This document shows positions 37,175 to 47,443 of a stretch of 64,000 nucleotides of DNA, piece after piece; the stretch's first letter is position 1; the number at the start of each line of letters is the position of its first letter. The stretch is from a virus. The DNA is taken from positions 32,001-96,000 of IMG/VR virus record IMGVR_UViG_3300044956_000431; one strand, 5' to 3'. A program made the position numbers and the translations under genes. Below the pieces are notes generated by a model. The model made no database searches. It was not told the DNA's origin and saw nothing but the letters and a program-made list of their open reading frames with translations.

Positions 37175-38022
37175 CAGGTGTATAATCTTGATTCTAGTCT
37201 TTGATACCAGGCGCCTTGAGATATTTCATCAACGGTATATTCTGTGTGGCATATTTCTACCAGCCACTGAGATCGATCTATTTGACAAGGACGTTCGATA
37301 TCTTGTAATGCTGTACTTACCGGCCATGCCAAACTGGTTTGATCTACTATTGTTTTAGTTCCTGCCAGCGCCGCCTGTATTCCTGGTCCAGCATTATAGT
37401 TTACCATGGCATAGCAATCAAATGCAAGATCGTAACTGTCGTAAGTGTTGATGATTTTTTTTGGAAGTTCTATATATACTTTGTTTGTCAATCTTAGCTT
37501 TGAAAAATTCAACGGAGACCTAGGATGCGGACGAACAGCAATGGGTCTATCTGTGACCGATTTCAGTTGGGAAATATTTTGATTTATCCATTGTTCGATG
37601 CTGTCTAAGGAGGCTGTTTGTAAACTTTTGGCATGCTGTGCGGCTATAACGATCTTGGGATTCCTAGAAGTATTGTTGAGTAAGTCAATGCCCAGTTTAC
37701 CTGGGCGAGTCCAATCGAGATTTTGTTGATGCCCATAAAAACCCAATGCTGTGATAGAATCAACTGCTATCTTCCAAGTGATGTTTCGTCGGAGAGTACC
37801 TACATCTAGAATGATGACTGGCTTGTTGTGTTTTTTATAATGGTTCCAAATATGTTGATTTGGTTGCATACGACCATTCCAAAGCACAGACCAAATCACT
37901 GCCACATCAGCGTCTAAGGAGTTTTTGATCAGAGAAAAATATCGCCCGGCGCTGTTGAGAAATGCGGCAAGCACGGGCCCAGAGTTAAGAGCAGTATAAT
38001 CTGGAAAGTAGGCCAGTTTCAT
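37174..38022 (-). CDS. capsule-synthesis (KpsS/KpsC-like) GT-B protein
   Basis: AAQH..S.Q, VRPHP, NYNAGPGIQAALAG; start MKLAYF. Confidence 0.65.
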   Translation of the reverse strand: MKLAYFPDYTALNSGPVLAAFLNSAGRYFSLIKNSLDADVAVIWSVLWNGRMQPNQHIWNHYKKHNKPVIILDVGTLRRNITWKIAVDSITALGFYGHQQNLDWTRPGKLGIDLLNNTSRNPKIVIAAQHAKSLQTASLDSIEQWINQNISQLKSVTDRPIAVRPHPRSPLNFSKLRLTNKVYIELPKKIINTYDSYDLAFDCYAMVNYNAGPGIQAALAGTKTIVDQTSLAWPVSTALQDIERPCQIDRSQWLVEICHTEYTVDEISQGAWYQRLESRLYT

Positions 38023-38040
38023 TGGGTAAATATTTACCCA
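38023..38040. promoter_or_regulatory. palindromic bidirectional late promoter
   Basis: TGGGTAAATATTTACCCA, a perfect 18-bp palindrome between two divergent ATGs. Confidence 0.75.
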
Positions 38041-38834
38041 TGCAACTACCCAACATACTTGGAACTTGTGACCAAGACGAAACATTTGTTTACACTGCCT
38101 GCGATCTAGGTTATTTTGATGAGTTTGGATCTGTGTTGATCAACAGCATCCGACAAAATACTGATCTAGGAATACATGTACATCTTTTCAATCCAGTCAA
38201 AAATCAGCTAAAATGGTGCAGTGCGCAACAAAGAGTTTCATGCACTTACGAATATGTCGAACCTGCACAGTTTGCCGCATCAAGCCAAAGATGGTGCAAT
38301 GTTCCCATAACCGAACCTGAAAAAAGTTTTCACCAACGCACACTCACTGCCATGACCAAAGGTCGAGATCAAAGTATACAAGAACGCATGATGAAAACAT
38401 ATTTTGCCTGTGCTAGATTTATACGGCTAGCAGAGATATTTTCCAATTGCCCAGTTATTGCCATTGATGTGGATGCTGTAGTGCGGTCTACTTTTCCTCT
38501 TTTATCTGTAGACAAAGATTTTTACATACATCATATATCAGGAAAGAAAGCACGATTTCTTGCTGGAGGATTGATGTTATATCCCACAGTTGGCTCTAAA
38601 AGATTTCTTGCCCAGTACTCGGCCAAACTAAAAGAATATTTTGAAAGAGATTATGTGTACTGGGGACTAGATCAAGATCTACTGGATCAACTAGTTCCCC
38701 AGTACAACCACGGGCAACTACCTATGTCAATGATTGACTGGAACATGTCCAATGACAGCGCTGTATGGACGGCCAAAGGCACTCGCAAAGAAGACCAACG
38801 ATTTATCGATGAGAAGAAGAAATATATCGTCTGA
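38040..38834 (+). CDS. GT-A glycosyltransferase-like protein
   Basis: YFACARF, AIDVD, LAGGL, WGLDQ; start MQLP. Confidence 0.7.
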   Translation: MQLPNILGTCDQDETFVYTACDLGYFDEFGSVLINSIRQNTDLGIHVHLFNPVKNQLKWCSAQQRVSCTYEYVEPAQFAASSQRWCNVPITEPEKSFHQRTLTAMTKGRDQSIQERMMKTYFACARFIRLAEIFSNCPVIAIDVDAVVRSTFPLLSVDKDFYIHHISGKKARFLAGGLMLYPTVGSKRFLAQYSAKLKEYFERDYVYWGLDQDLLDQLVPQYNHGQLPMSMIDWNMSNDSAVWTAKGTRKEDQRFIDEKKKYIV

Positions 38835-39738
38835 TTGCTGACCAAAGCTGGCCGGTGCGTACTTCGTCATTGCTCCAGTGTATGTTAGCAATCTCATGTA
38901 TCCATTGAGATCTGTCAGGCATGGGTGGATCTACTATCAATGATATATCATAAAATGCTACATCTGCCGCCCAACTGTGCCTAGGATCTTCTACATAGCA
39001 TGGCACACCTTCGATCACTGCTACCACATTGGGAGTAGAGTTATACCCAACAGCACACCAACAGTTGACTAAGTCATCTCGGATGTTGTCGTTGACGCTG
39101 ACGATTACTTTGTCCTTGGCTGTGTATCTTTTTTGTATTCTGTCCACTTGTTTGTGTCTTGACCCATCCCCTGGGTGCATGCGAATCACGATAGGTCGCT
39201 TGAGATCTATTTTTCTAATCTTGCTGATAGTTTTTTCCAACCAGTGATCCTGATTGTTACCAAACATATTCCAACCCTTGGGGCGTTGGCACAAGATCAA
39301 TATGTGCTGTCCGTTGGCTCCTTGCCTCCACGGTTTCATCATTGTGTTATGCCAAGACGCATAGCGATCCCACTTGGTTTCATCTAACTGATCAAAAAGG
39401 TAAATGCCATTATTGGGATACACAGAGTTAAGGCTGTAACGGTGCCATTCGTGTTCTTTGCAAGCATAATGAAGAATATTACTGTCAACAAAAATCTGCG
39501 GTGTTTTTTGTGCCCGCAGGCAGTTGATTATTTTTTTACGGAAGTTATCTTCCAGTGTATAACCCAGAACAAATCCTGCGTCCAAGAACTGATTGGGCAG
39601 GGCATTGTCTCGGTACTCAATGACTTCGTCACCATGGACTTTGACTCCGGCTTTGAAGTTGTCCATCAGCATCACTTTGTTGGAAAACTTAGCAGGATTG
39701 CTGATCGAGTTATAAAATATTCCTACTTTCATTGCCAA
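38803..39738 (-). CDS. capsule-synthesis (KpsS/KpsC-like) GT-B protein
   Basis: LCQR, IRMHPGD, YNSTPNVVAVIEGVP. Confidence 0.65.
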   Translation of the reverse strand: MAMKVGIFYNSISNPAKFSNKVMLMDNFKAGVKVHGDEVIEYRDNALPNQFLDAGFVLGYTLEDNFRKKIINCLRAQKTPQIFVDSNILHYACKEHEWHRYSLNSVYPNNGIYLFDQLDETKWDRYASWHNTMMKPWRQGANGQHILILCQRPKGWNMFGNNQDHWLEKTISKIRKIDLKRPIVIRMHPGDGSRHKQVDRIQKRYTAKDKVIVSVNDNIRDDLVNCWCAVGYNSTPNVVAVIEGVPCYVEDPRHSWAADVAFYDISLIVDPPMPDRSQWIHEIANIHWSNDEVRTGQLWSAIRRYISSSHR

Positions 39739-40484
39739 TCTTTAGTCTTGGTCATACTAATGTTGCCTTCCTCAGGCAAGGTATTGCGTCCCATGATATA
39801 AGTGTTGATATGCATGAGTACCACAAACTGATTGATCGCATTGTCGGCTGGGTACCAGTAAGGTCTATAGAACTTGGTCAATGCTTGCGCCGCATCAGGT
39901 GTAATGGCATATCCGCTGGCGCCTGGCATGCTGAAGTTTTGCCAGTGACGAGCTTGCGGTATTCCTGAGGGATTTTCTAGATAACTTTTTTGAGGTTCGC
40001 TCATAAAAGAACTTTTACCAAGACTCAATATAAGAACTCCGTCAAAGGCCACAGGATGGTATCCTCTGTAGAATTTGACATCATCCTCGAATATCATTAT
40101 GGGTTCATCTAACTTGGTACACAGTTTCCATAAGTTGTAATGACTGTAAAAGCAACCAATCACACCTGGCCGGCTCATTTTGGCCCGCTCGGACTCGCTG
40201 ATCAACTGGCGTTCCACTATCTCGTATCGGTGTTTCTTTTTGAACTCTTCGTAAAGTTCTGGACGGATCAACTGTTCAATGTCGCGGTCGTCCAGCAAAC
40301 GATTTTTTATGCTATAGGGGTAGAGAGTTTTTTTTGCTCGTTCGGCCAAGTCAATAGCTTTGTTACCAGGAGTACCTTCAAACAACTTAGCATCGATACC
40401 ATATTCCTTGAGTTGTTGTATCATCTCCGCAGATGAATTCACGCTGTGGGGACGTTCTGGAAGATAGATTACAAATGCTTTCAT
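39729..40484 (-). CDS. glycosyltransferase family 25
   Basis: FVIYL, GVIGCFYSH..LW, IFEDD, GYAITP.AA. Confidence 0.85.
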   Translation of the reverse strand: MKAFVIYLPERPHSVNSSAEMIQQLKEYGIDAKLFEGTPGNKAIDLAERAKKTLYPYSIKNRLLDDRDIEQLIRPELYEEFKKKHRYEIVERQLISESERAKMSRPGVIGCFYSHYNLWKLCTKLDEPIMIFEDDVKFYRGYHPVAFDGVLILSLGKSSFMSEPQKSYLENPSGIPQARHWQNFSMPGASGYAITPDAAQALTKFYRPYWYPADNAINQFVVLMHINTYIMGRNTLPEEGNISMTKTKDWQ

Positions 40485-41134
40485 ACAGAAAAAACTGCTT
40501 CGTGGCGATAACGATCTATGATTTTGTACCCAAACTGTGCAAGATACTTTTCAACTTCAGGAAAAGGTTTATCGTATCGCAAACCGTGACCGGCTTCTTC
40601 CACTGCAATGATTGGCAAATATCGTTTGATAGTTTGTTCTGCTCCGTTAAGTGCAAACCATTCAAAGCCTTCTATGTCCAAATGTATGTAAGAACACACA
40701 TCAAGATTCAAATCATCGATCATTAGTGTAGGTATCTTGTCGTGGCGTACATTCTTTTTGGCCCTCTTTACTAAATCTTGTCCGCCAGCTATATGGTTTT
40801 TGCCGCGGTTGTCCTCGCGCCAGGTTACACTAACTAGGTTTCTTTCATTACCGATACAGGCTTGATACTTCATGACATGCCTCTCAGGATTGTTTAGTGT
40901 CAGACAAAGAAAGTTGACATTATCAGGCTCAAACACATAAACTCTTTCAAACTGTCGGGCATAGATCTGTGTAAACCAACCCATGTTTCCGCCGGCCTGA
41001 ATCATGACTTTTTTGTCAGGCACATGGGTCATTAAGTGCTCGGGCAGATCTGATTCTTTCTTGGTCCAGTCGAAGCATCGGACTTCGTTCTTTGGCCACC
41101 AAAGGCCTTCTCTCATTTCCAGTTGGTCTATCAT
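40481..41134 (-). CDS. FkbM-family methyltransferase
   Basis: QAGGNMG, VFEPD, IDDL, LDIEGFE..L.GA. Confidence 0.85.
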   Translation of the reverse strand: MIDQLEMREGLWWPKNEVRCFDWTKKESDLPEHLMTHVPDKKVMIQAGGNMGWFTQIYARQFERVYVFEPDNVNFLCLTLNNPERHVMKYQACIGNERNLVSVTWREDNRGKNHIAGGQDLVKRAKKNVRHDKIPTLMIDDLNLDVCSYIHLDIEGFEWFALNGAEQTIKRYLPIIAVEEAGHGLRYDKPFPEVEKYLAQFGYKIIDRYRHEAVFSV

Positions 41135-41135
41135 T

Positions 41136-41822
41136 TTATATGTTCCTTTGTTGGCAATATTCAGTTAATATGCGTTCTCTGTGCCACTCTTCGCTTTGTG
41201 GTGTATCTGCAAACTCATGAAAGCAGGGAGTACCCAAGGTATAGTGTAACAGCTTGGCGTTGGTGTTTGGCCCGTATTCATCAGGCAACCAGTTCCACTC
41301 TGGAGGTAGTTCGCCTATATGTTCGTCGTCTAACCAAGAGAAACGGTGAAGAAAACTACCGGTTGAACCTTGGATGAACTCAGGGGTAAGACGCCTGTTA
41401 GGAAAGCTACTACAGTTCCAGAGAATAACACTACTCCAATTTTTCCTAGGATAATCTTCATTCTTTGCTCCAAGATATTTCACAGGCATGCAAGTTTTGT
41501 AATCATGTTTAACAACCATGACATCTTTGTTGGGTTGTTTAAGATTCCAAAGATTCGTGATGTCATCGCGCACAATCATGTCGCCATCGATAAAGATAGC
41601 CCATCCCGACCAATGCATGAGATAAGGTACAAGAAATCTAGTATAGATAAAATGATTGGATCCATCAGTATGCGTTTCATCGTAATCTTTAAACAGATTC
41701 AACGCAACAGGATGTATGGCCACAGGTTGTGTGGCATGTCTGATAATCGAGTTTGCACAGGTATGGAAGGCTATGGCCTCTCTTGGATCATACCCTACAA
41801 ATACAGGAATGATATCACTCAT
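41136..41822 (-). CDS. GT-A glycosyltransferase (GT8-like)
   Basis: VGYDPRE, FIDGDM, YPRKNWSS, WNWL, HYTLGTP. Confidence 0.85.
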   Translation of the reverse strand: MSDIIPVFVGYDPREAIAFHTCANSIIRHATQPVAIHPVALNLFKDYDETHTDGSNHFIYTRFLVPYLMHWSGWAIFIDGDMIVRDDITNLWNLKQPNKDVMVVKHDYKTCMPVKYLGAKNEDYPRKNWSSVILWNCSSFPNRRLTPEFIQGSTGSFLHRFSWLDDEHIGELPPEWNWLPDEYGPNTNAKLLHYTLGTPCFHEFADTPQSEEWHRERILTEYCQQRNI

Positions 41823-42595
41823 TTTCTTTGTATATCCGTTTCCTCACAACGATCACCATATTGTATTTCAATGATCTTGAGTGGTTCTGTGCCTTCATTG
41901 GCCAGCTGATGCCATTCACGTCGATTAATTACCAACATCTGATGTTCTGTGTATCGACCATGCAGTTCCGCATCTGATGACCTGTTCAGAGTGTACAGCG
42001 TGGCTTCGCCTTGGCTGACAAACCAAACTTCGCCACGATCTTCGTGACGTTGCATACTCAATGTTTGACCTGGGTCCACTGTTAGTTCTTTGAGTTTGAC
42101 TCTTTCATTGGGCTCGTGTAACACACGGTAGTATCCCCAGGTGCGTTCAGTCTTGGGTGCTTTCCATTGTTCCAATATCCAAGAGCTCGAATTATCTTTG
42201 TTGAAACCGCCCACTCCAAACACAAACTTGATATTGTTATCGTTGACATCCATCTCTGGAATATTTTCGTTGGTACGATCACCACCGTTGGCGAATATTA
42301 TTTCATCTTGTGGGTACATGGCCCTGACATTGTGTATGGCTTGCTTACTTGACCCGTCACTGTCATCATACACAACACAATGATCTACCATTCGTAAACT
42401 TTGCACGATGTTGACTCGTTCCTGCATTGGCAGGAAAGGTCGACCTTTTTTGCGTGTGAGCCAGGCGTCAGAGTTGACTCCTACTACTAAAATGTCACCC
42501 AGTTGTCGAGCAGCCTGGAAGTAGGCGAGATGTCCAGAATGAACAGGGTCAAATCCGCCAGTTACAAGTACGATTTTTTTCATATGGGTATTCAT
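41819..42595 (-). CDS. cytidylyltransferase-like domain fused to PMI-type cupin
   Basis: TGGFDPVHSGH, NSD, NGGDR; RTWGYY, LSMQRH, WHQL.N, EIQYG. Confidence 0.88.
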   Translation of the reverse strand: MNTHMKKIVLVTGGFDPVHSGHLAYFQAARQLGDILVVGVNSDAWLTRKKGRPFLPMQERVNIVQSLRMVDHCVVYDDSDGSSKQAIHNVRAMYPQDEIIFANGGDRTNENIPEMDVNDNNIKFVFGVGGFNKDNSSSWILEQWKAPKTERTWGYYRVLHEPNERVKLKELTVDPGQTLSMQRHEDRGEVWFVSQGEATLYTLNRSSDAELHGRYTEHQMLVINRREWHQLANEGTEPLKIIEIQYGDRCEETDIQRK

Positions 42596-42617
42596 AATAG
42601 GCCCATATTATGATACT

Positions 42618-43376
42618 TTATTGATGTCCCATCCAACTGAGACTCTTGTCAATCCAGGGCAACACAAGATTATGCTGCCGTAGATATCCATATCGGTTCA
42701 CGCATTCCACCGCCGAAGCAGGCAACAGACCTTTTTCTGCCAGGTGATACCAAGAAGTGGTTCTAGGCTCAATGGGTTCCTGATTGCTGTTATATACTAT
42801 GGCATGTAGCCAAGGATCGTTAGGCTGCTTCAGGAAGAATCCTGAACTGCAATCCCACCCTGTGACAGCCAACATGTGGATCAAACTTACCATAGTATGA
42901 TTGTAGTAACAACCCGATGGTTGGTCAAAGGCCTGGCGCGAAAATTCAATGTTAGTGGTTTGTGGTACTACCAACACCAGCATACCATCTTTGGCACACA
43001 GTCGACGCCAGTTGGCAAGACATTGCATGGGATTGATCATGTATTGAAACACATCGTGGCACCATAAGATGTCTTGACCGTGCTTGATCTGTTGTAGGCT
43101 TTCGAGATCATTTTGTAGGTAAGTGATATTGGCTATTATGGCCTCTGAACTCAAACTGTCAACTAAATCGACTCCAGTGCATCGAATGTTCAACGGTGTA
43201 GGGTCATCGTCTCTGGTGGTACGAGTAGCCCACCATTGCAAATCCAATGCTTCATGGCCACACCCCAAATCTATCACACTGTCCACACTTTCCATAAAAT
43301 CGTCGTGTTCGTATAGATCGTTTAACACTCGCAAACTATGGGCATGGCTTTCTTGTGCGTTTTTAAAAGTTGTCAT
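42618..43376 (-). CDS. class I SAM-dependent methyltransferase
   Basis: IDLGCG, GVDL, DILWCHD..QY..NP, GML. Confidence 0.8.
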   Translation of the reverse strand: MTTFKNAQESHAHSLRVLNDLYEHDDFMESVDSVIDLGCGHEALDLQWWATRTTRDDDPTPLNIRCTGVDLVDSLSSEAIIANITYLQNDLESLQQIKHGQDILWCHDVFQYMINPMQCLANWRRLCAKDGMLVLVVPQTTNIEFSRQAFDQPSGCYYNHTMVSLIHMLAVTGWDCSSGFFLKQPNDPWLHAIVYNSNQEPIEPRTTSWYHLAEKGLLPASAVECVNRYGYLRQHNLVLPWIDKSLSWMGHQ

Positions 43377-44430
43377 GTATTAACCTATGTATTGCGTCGT
43401 TATGTTTTTCTAAAGCAGTTGTATGTATGTGTTTGATCAACTCAGCATTTTTAATCAATCGACTCCAATGTTGCTGTCGTAGTTCGTTGAGGTTGAGCTG
43501 ACAAACGCAAGATACCAGTTGTACTACTTGAGTCATACGCACCCACGGATCTTGAATTTGATCGTACTGGTGGTTATCAAACAAATCATCAAATACATCA
43601 ACCCCCATTTGTCTTACACTATCTACCAGTCCAGGTACAGCATACCATATAGGAAACTGATGCCATGCCAAGGCTTTGAATGTTTTTTCTGTTATAAACA
43701 CACTGGTCCATGTATTGGGATCCAGTTGACTAGAACTTTCTACAACAAGGTTGACCGGTGCCTGATAAAACTTTTGATGATCAATCCTATGTTGAAATAC
43801 TTCATCAGCTATGGGTCGATCCACAATCATTGGAAACGGCTGCGGATATATCAACTTTTTAACTTCAGCACTGGCATCGACTCCGTTGGTACCAAATGTC
43901 ATAATCATGTCGTTGACGTTGATTTTGGCCAACAATCGTTTGGCAAGATTTCCACGATCAACACTGGCGCGGCGCATTAGGCACGTCAGTTTGTGGGTCA
44001 TGGGTATTGCAGTCCAGTCTATGTGATATTGCTCGAGATGCATGTACCAGTTGCCATTGTAGATCAGTCTATCAGGCAACGACACAGCAGGATATGGCAG
44101 TTGAGATACGTCTTCCACTGCGCTAAAAACAACTCTAATATTATGCGACGGTACTTCTAGTTTGTGTGTCAGATACTTGTAAAAGTTTGCAAAATCCGCC
44201 GAGGAGATACCTTCGGGCTTGAGATCAAACACCCATATAAAGTTTTTTTCTTTTTGAGGAAAAATGTTTTTCTTTGCACAGTCCTGCTCAAACATTCTTT
44301 GTAACTCTACTTTACATTCTCGTAACACATCTGCAGATATTTCTTTCCAGAGAGCATAGTAAACTATGCTTTCTTTTTTGACCAATCTCTCCGGAGGCGC
44401 TTTTACTCCCGGCAACAATTCTTCACTCAT
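43363..44430 (-). CDS. putative glycosyltransferase-like protein (TEKT motif)
   Basis: LVVES..FITEKTFK..G.DVFDD..YD; start MSEELL with ATGA overlap. Confidence 0.55.
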   Translation of the reverse strand: MSEELLPGVKAPPERLVKKESIVYYALWKEISADVLRECKVELQRMFEQDCAKKNIFPQKEKNFIWVFDLKPEGISSADFANFYKYLTHKLEVPSHNIRVVFSAVEDVSQLPYPAVSLPDRLIYNGNWYMHLEQYHIDWTAIPMTHKLTCLMRRASVDRGNLAKRLLAKINVNDMIMTFGTNGVDASAEVKKLIYPQPFPMIVDRPIADEVFQHRIDHQKFYQAPVNLVVESSSQLDPNTWTSVFITEKTFKALAWHQFPIWYAVPGLVDSVRQMGVDVFDDLFDNHQYDQIQDPWVRMTQVVQLVSCVCQLNLNELRQQHWSRLIKNAELIKHIHTTALEKHNDAIHRLIHDNF

Positions 44431-44879
44431 ACCTGTATATCTTCCATTCCTGCTGTTCGCAATCGCACAATGTGACCCATTTGCCATTGCTTGGTGTCTA
44501 GGCCTTTCATGATGCCCAGCCAGCAATTGCGTAACAGAGCCACTTCGTTGATGATAGTCTCAAAATCTATTACTTCGTCTTCACCGTCTACATATTTTTC
44601 AGCGTCGCGGCTGGTCAATGCACGAGCATAACCCTCAAGATATTTTTGAAAGTGCCTACGGCGTATCTTTCGTAGTTGTATGTTGAGATAGTTAAGCACT
44701 GCTTCAATCTCTTGCAGTTGGTTGAAACGATGTTCAGTAATACCTGGCAAAGCTGAAATATTTTTTTCTACGACTCCGCCAATGCGGCATTCTTTTTTAG
44801 CTTCGTCAAGCTCGCGTTCATAGTGCTGAATAAAATCAGGTATATTGGCAAGACTGGCAGTGACTTTACTGTACCACAT
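44427..44879 (-). CDS. uvsY: UvsY-like recombination mediator
   Basis: KYLEGY.RAL..RDAEKYVDGE, R.AG; near uvsX. Confidence 0.75.
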   Translation of the reverse strand: MWYSKVTASLANIPDFIQHYERELDEAKKECRIGGVVEKNISALPGITEHRFNQLQEIEAVLNYLNIQLRKIRRRHFQKYLEGYARALTSRDAEKYVDGEDEVIDFETIINEVALLRNCWLGIMKGLDTKQWQMGHIVRLRTAGMEDIQV

Positions 44880-46128
44880 TTTTAATCTCCTCGACTAGCC
44901 AGGGAAATGTTTGCTTCCAGTTGAGTTGCCTACGTCGATCTATCTCATCAAGAAATATTGATAGTTGATAGATTTTGTGTTCATCTTGGTCGCAAGATTC
45001 CACTTGTAGTTTGATACCAGTCATATATTCTTTGGCCTGTTTTTGTTGCCAAGTGTTTGTAGGCATAACATCTAGTATAGCATCAAAATCTTTAGAAAAA
45101 AACTTTGTACCAAAAATACCTGGATGTAAAAAGTCATGAGTCATGACTGTGGTAGAGAAATAGTGCCCAACTTCTCTTTGCTTTCTGATGCAGTTAATAA
45201 ACTCAATCAACTCTGGCACTGTTTTTATTGTCAACACCGACAGTGTCTGATTTACATTGAGAGTGATCCAGGGTTGATCTGCTACCAATTTGAAGTTTTG
45301 CTTCCACTGTTCTATGTCAATGCCATATCGTACATATTCTTGTTCTTTGCCAAAACAGTCAATGCTGGCAGTAAGATCAAATCGTTTGATCATTTGATTG
45401 TTGATAAGATGTTTTATGCGTTCTAACAAAGTGGCCAAACGATCTGGAGAAATCTTGAGATTACTAATGACGTTGAACTCTAGACCTGGGCTTGGGTGTT
45501 GATCAAAAAAATCCAAACAACAATCAAACTGCTCTTGATAAAATGGTTCCCCGCCTAGTACGTGAAATCTTTTGATTGCGCCATGATGTTGTTGCATCCA
45601 TTTCCAAAAACTTTGAGTCAACTCTTTTTTGTTTGAAACCTGCTGACTTTGATTGTCAATGATCACTCCATATTTTTCAAAACGACCAAACTTTTTGTTT
45701 TCAGCTTGTATCTTGCTGGAAAACCCGTCCCAACAATACAAACAAGACATATTGCAGACATTGTCAAAATAAACTTCCACTATACGAGGTGTAACTTTAA
45801 TGCTAGTTTGATCAATATCTAACTCAGGTGGATGCATGTCAGGAATAGACAGGTGAAACATTCGATCACTGGATCCACCAGCATCTTCAATATTTTTACA
45901 ATATTCACACCCGCCCGTGGGCCACTGCCCGTTGAGCATGAGAGATCTATCAGCTAGTTTTTTTGGTGTATTGTGAAAAGTATCAAACGTAGATGGTGTA
46001 AGCACATCTGCATTGACTCTATGGCAAGAACTGGTAGTACCATCATAGAGACGAATGGTACTCCAGTTCCACTTGAGTTGACACGCAGTTGTGCTTTTGA
46101 TTGGAAAATATTTTTTTGATTCCATCAA
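44866..46128 (-). CDS. radical SAM protein with N-terminal Cys-rich domain
   Basis: C..W, SSCH, GCEYC; CNMSCLYC, GGEPF, SID..EYVRYG. Confidence 0.9.
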   Translation of the reverse strand: MMESKKYFPIKSTTACQLKWNWSTIRLYDGTTSSCHRVNADVLTPSTFDTFHNTPKKLADRSLMLNGQWPTGGCEYCKNIEDAGGSSDRMFHLSIPDMHPPELDIDQTSIKVTPRIVEVYFDNVCNMSCLYCWDGFSSKIQAENKKFGRFEKYGVIIDNQSQQVSNKKELTQSFWKWMQQHHGAIKRFHVLGGEPFYQEQFDCCLDFFDQHPSPGLEFNVISNLKISPDRLATLLERIKHLINNQMIKRFDLTASIDCFGKEQEYVRYGIDIEQWKQNFKLVADQPWITLNVNQTLSVLTIKTVPELIEFINCIRKQREVGHYFSTTVMTHDFLHPGIFGTKFFSKDFDAILDVMPTNTWQQKQAKEYMTGIKLQVESCDQDEHKIYQLSIFLDEIDRRRQLNWKQTFPWLVEEIKNVVQ

Positions 46129-46370
46129 TAGTCATCGTCGTTATAGGAATTCTCGTCCTCTTCTTCTTCGAGCTCTTCCTCTTCTTTGAGATAATCTGCT
46201 AAGGCACGTTTGATATCCTCGTCGCCCTTGAATGTGGCTTTGATATCTTCAGCATCTATGTCATTGTCAATCAGAATACTAACCATGGTTTCGGCAGCTT
46301 CTCTACGGTCTACCGAGTTGATATATCTTTTTACTTCTGACCAAATTTCGTTTGTTAGTTCCACTGACAT
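46125..46370 (-). CDS. small acidic protein
   Basis: 81 aa with E/D-rich tail. Confidence 0.7.
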   Translation of the reverse strand: MSVELTNEIWSEVKRYINSVDRREAAETMVSILIDNDIDAEDIKATFKGDEDIKRALADYLKEEEELEEEEDENSYNDDDY

Positions 46371-46374
46371 CAGT

Positions 46375-47433
46375 TTATTCCTCCCTATCTGATTCAGCTG
46401 TACTTACCTCAGTCTTTTGATTTTTAAAATCAGACATGACTTTGTCCAAACACCCGTCCTCGTTGCTTTCCCAGCCCTTGCGGAAATATTTAATAATCTC
46501 ACGGTCGCTGGTCACAAACATCAAGCGATTGCCATCCTTCTTTAAAAGACCTTTCTTTTCAGCCAGATCAGTCAATCCTGAGTAAGGATTCATACCTGTC
46601 TCGTAAGGAATCTTAACTTGCACGCCTTCAAACGGCTTGGCATAGCGAGTTTTCATAACTTTACAAGCGGCACGAATACCCATAACATCTGACACTTTGT
46701 TGCCGTCCTCGTCCTCTTTGAGTTTGAGTTTCTTCATAGCCACAACAATACTTGACGCATAGATAAAGCCTTGACCGCCTGAAATCTTGTCATCCGGATC
46801 AAACATGTCCTGACTTGCGTATGTGTGGTTTGTAACAACCATGCCTACGTTATAGCTACCAAACATGTTTACACAGTTACGAACTAGTGCTGTCAGCGCC
46901 TTGGGTTTGCGACCAAGATCGCCTTTCATTTCGCCTGCGTCAAACTGATTAACGTCTGTGGGTGTCAACAACATACCCAACGAGTCAATCACAAACATAA
47001 CTTTGGGACGCTCGCCATCTGGCAGAGCCTTGTAGTCGCTCATGAATGTGGAAATAGTTTTTGCTACATCGTCAATCATGGCCATAGAAAGTTTTAACAG
47101 TTTGCTTTCTGAGGTATCAACCCCCAAGGCCCTGAGCCAATCCTCGTCAAGTGCATTTTCTGAATCAATCAGCACTACAAAGATACCTTGAGCTTGTGCG
47201 TTCTTGATGATATTACCTGAGCAGATATAACTCTTACCAGCGCCAGATTCGCCGGCAAACACAGTAACCTTGCCCAAAGGAATGCCACGGTGAAAGTCAC
47301 CGGATATGAGATAATTTAACGCATAGTTACCTGTTGAAATCCAGTCAGTGGGGTCGTTAAACCCAATTGACAATCCGTCAATTGATTTAGTAATTTCTTT
47401 TCGAAACTTTGATACATCAAAGGGCTTGGACAT
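46375..47433 (-). CDS. uvsX: RecA/UvsX recombinase
   Basis: GESGAGKS, DSENA, IDSLG, TNHTY, SGG. Confidence 0.93.
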   Translation of the reverse strand: MSKPFDVSKFRKEITKSIDGLSIGFNDPTDWISTGNYALNYLISGDFHRGIPLGKVTVFAGESGAGKSYICSGNIIKNAQAQGIFVVLIDSENALDEDWLRALGVDTSESKLLKLSMAMIDDVAKTISTFMSDYKALPDGERPKVMFVIDSLGMLLTPTDVNQFDAGEMKGDLGRKPKALTALVRNCVNMFGSYNVGMVVTNHTYASQDMFDPDDKISGGQGFIYASSIVVAMKKLKLKEDEDGNKVSDVMGIRAACKVMKTRYAKPFEGVQVKIPYETGMNPYSGLTDLAEKKGLLKKDGNRLMFVTSDREIIKYFRKGWESNEDGCLDKVMSDFKNQKTEVSTAESDREE

Positions 47434-47443
47434 TATTGTTTCC

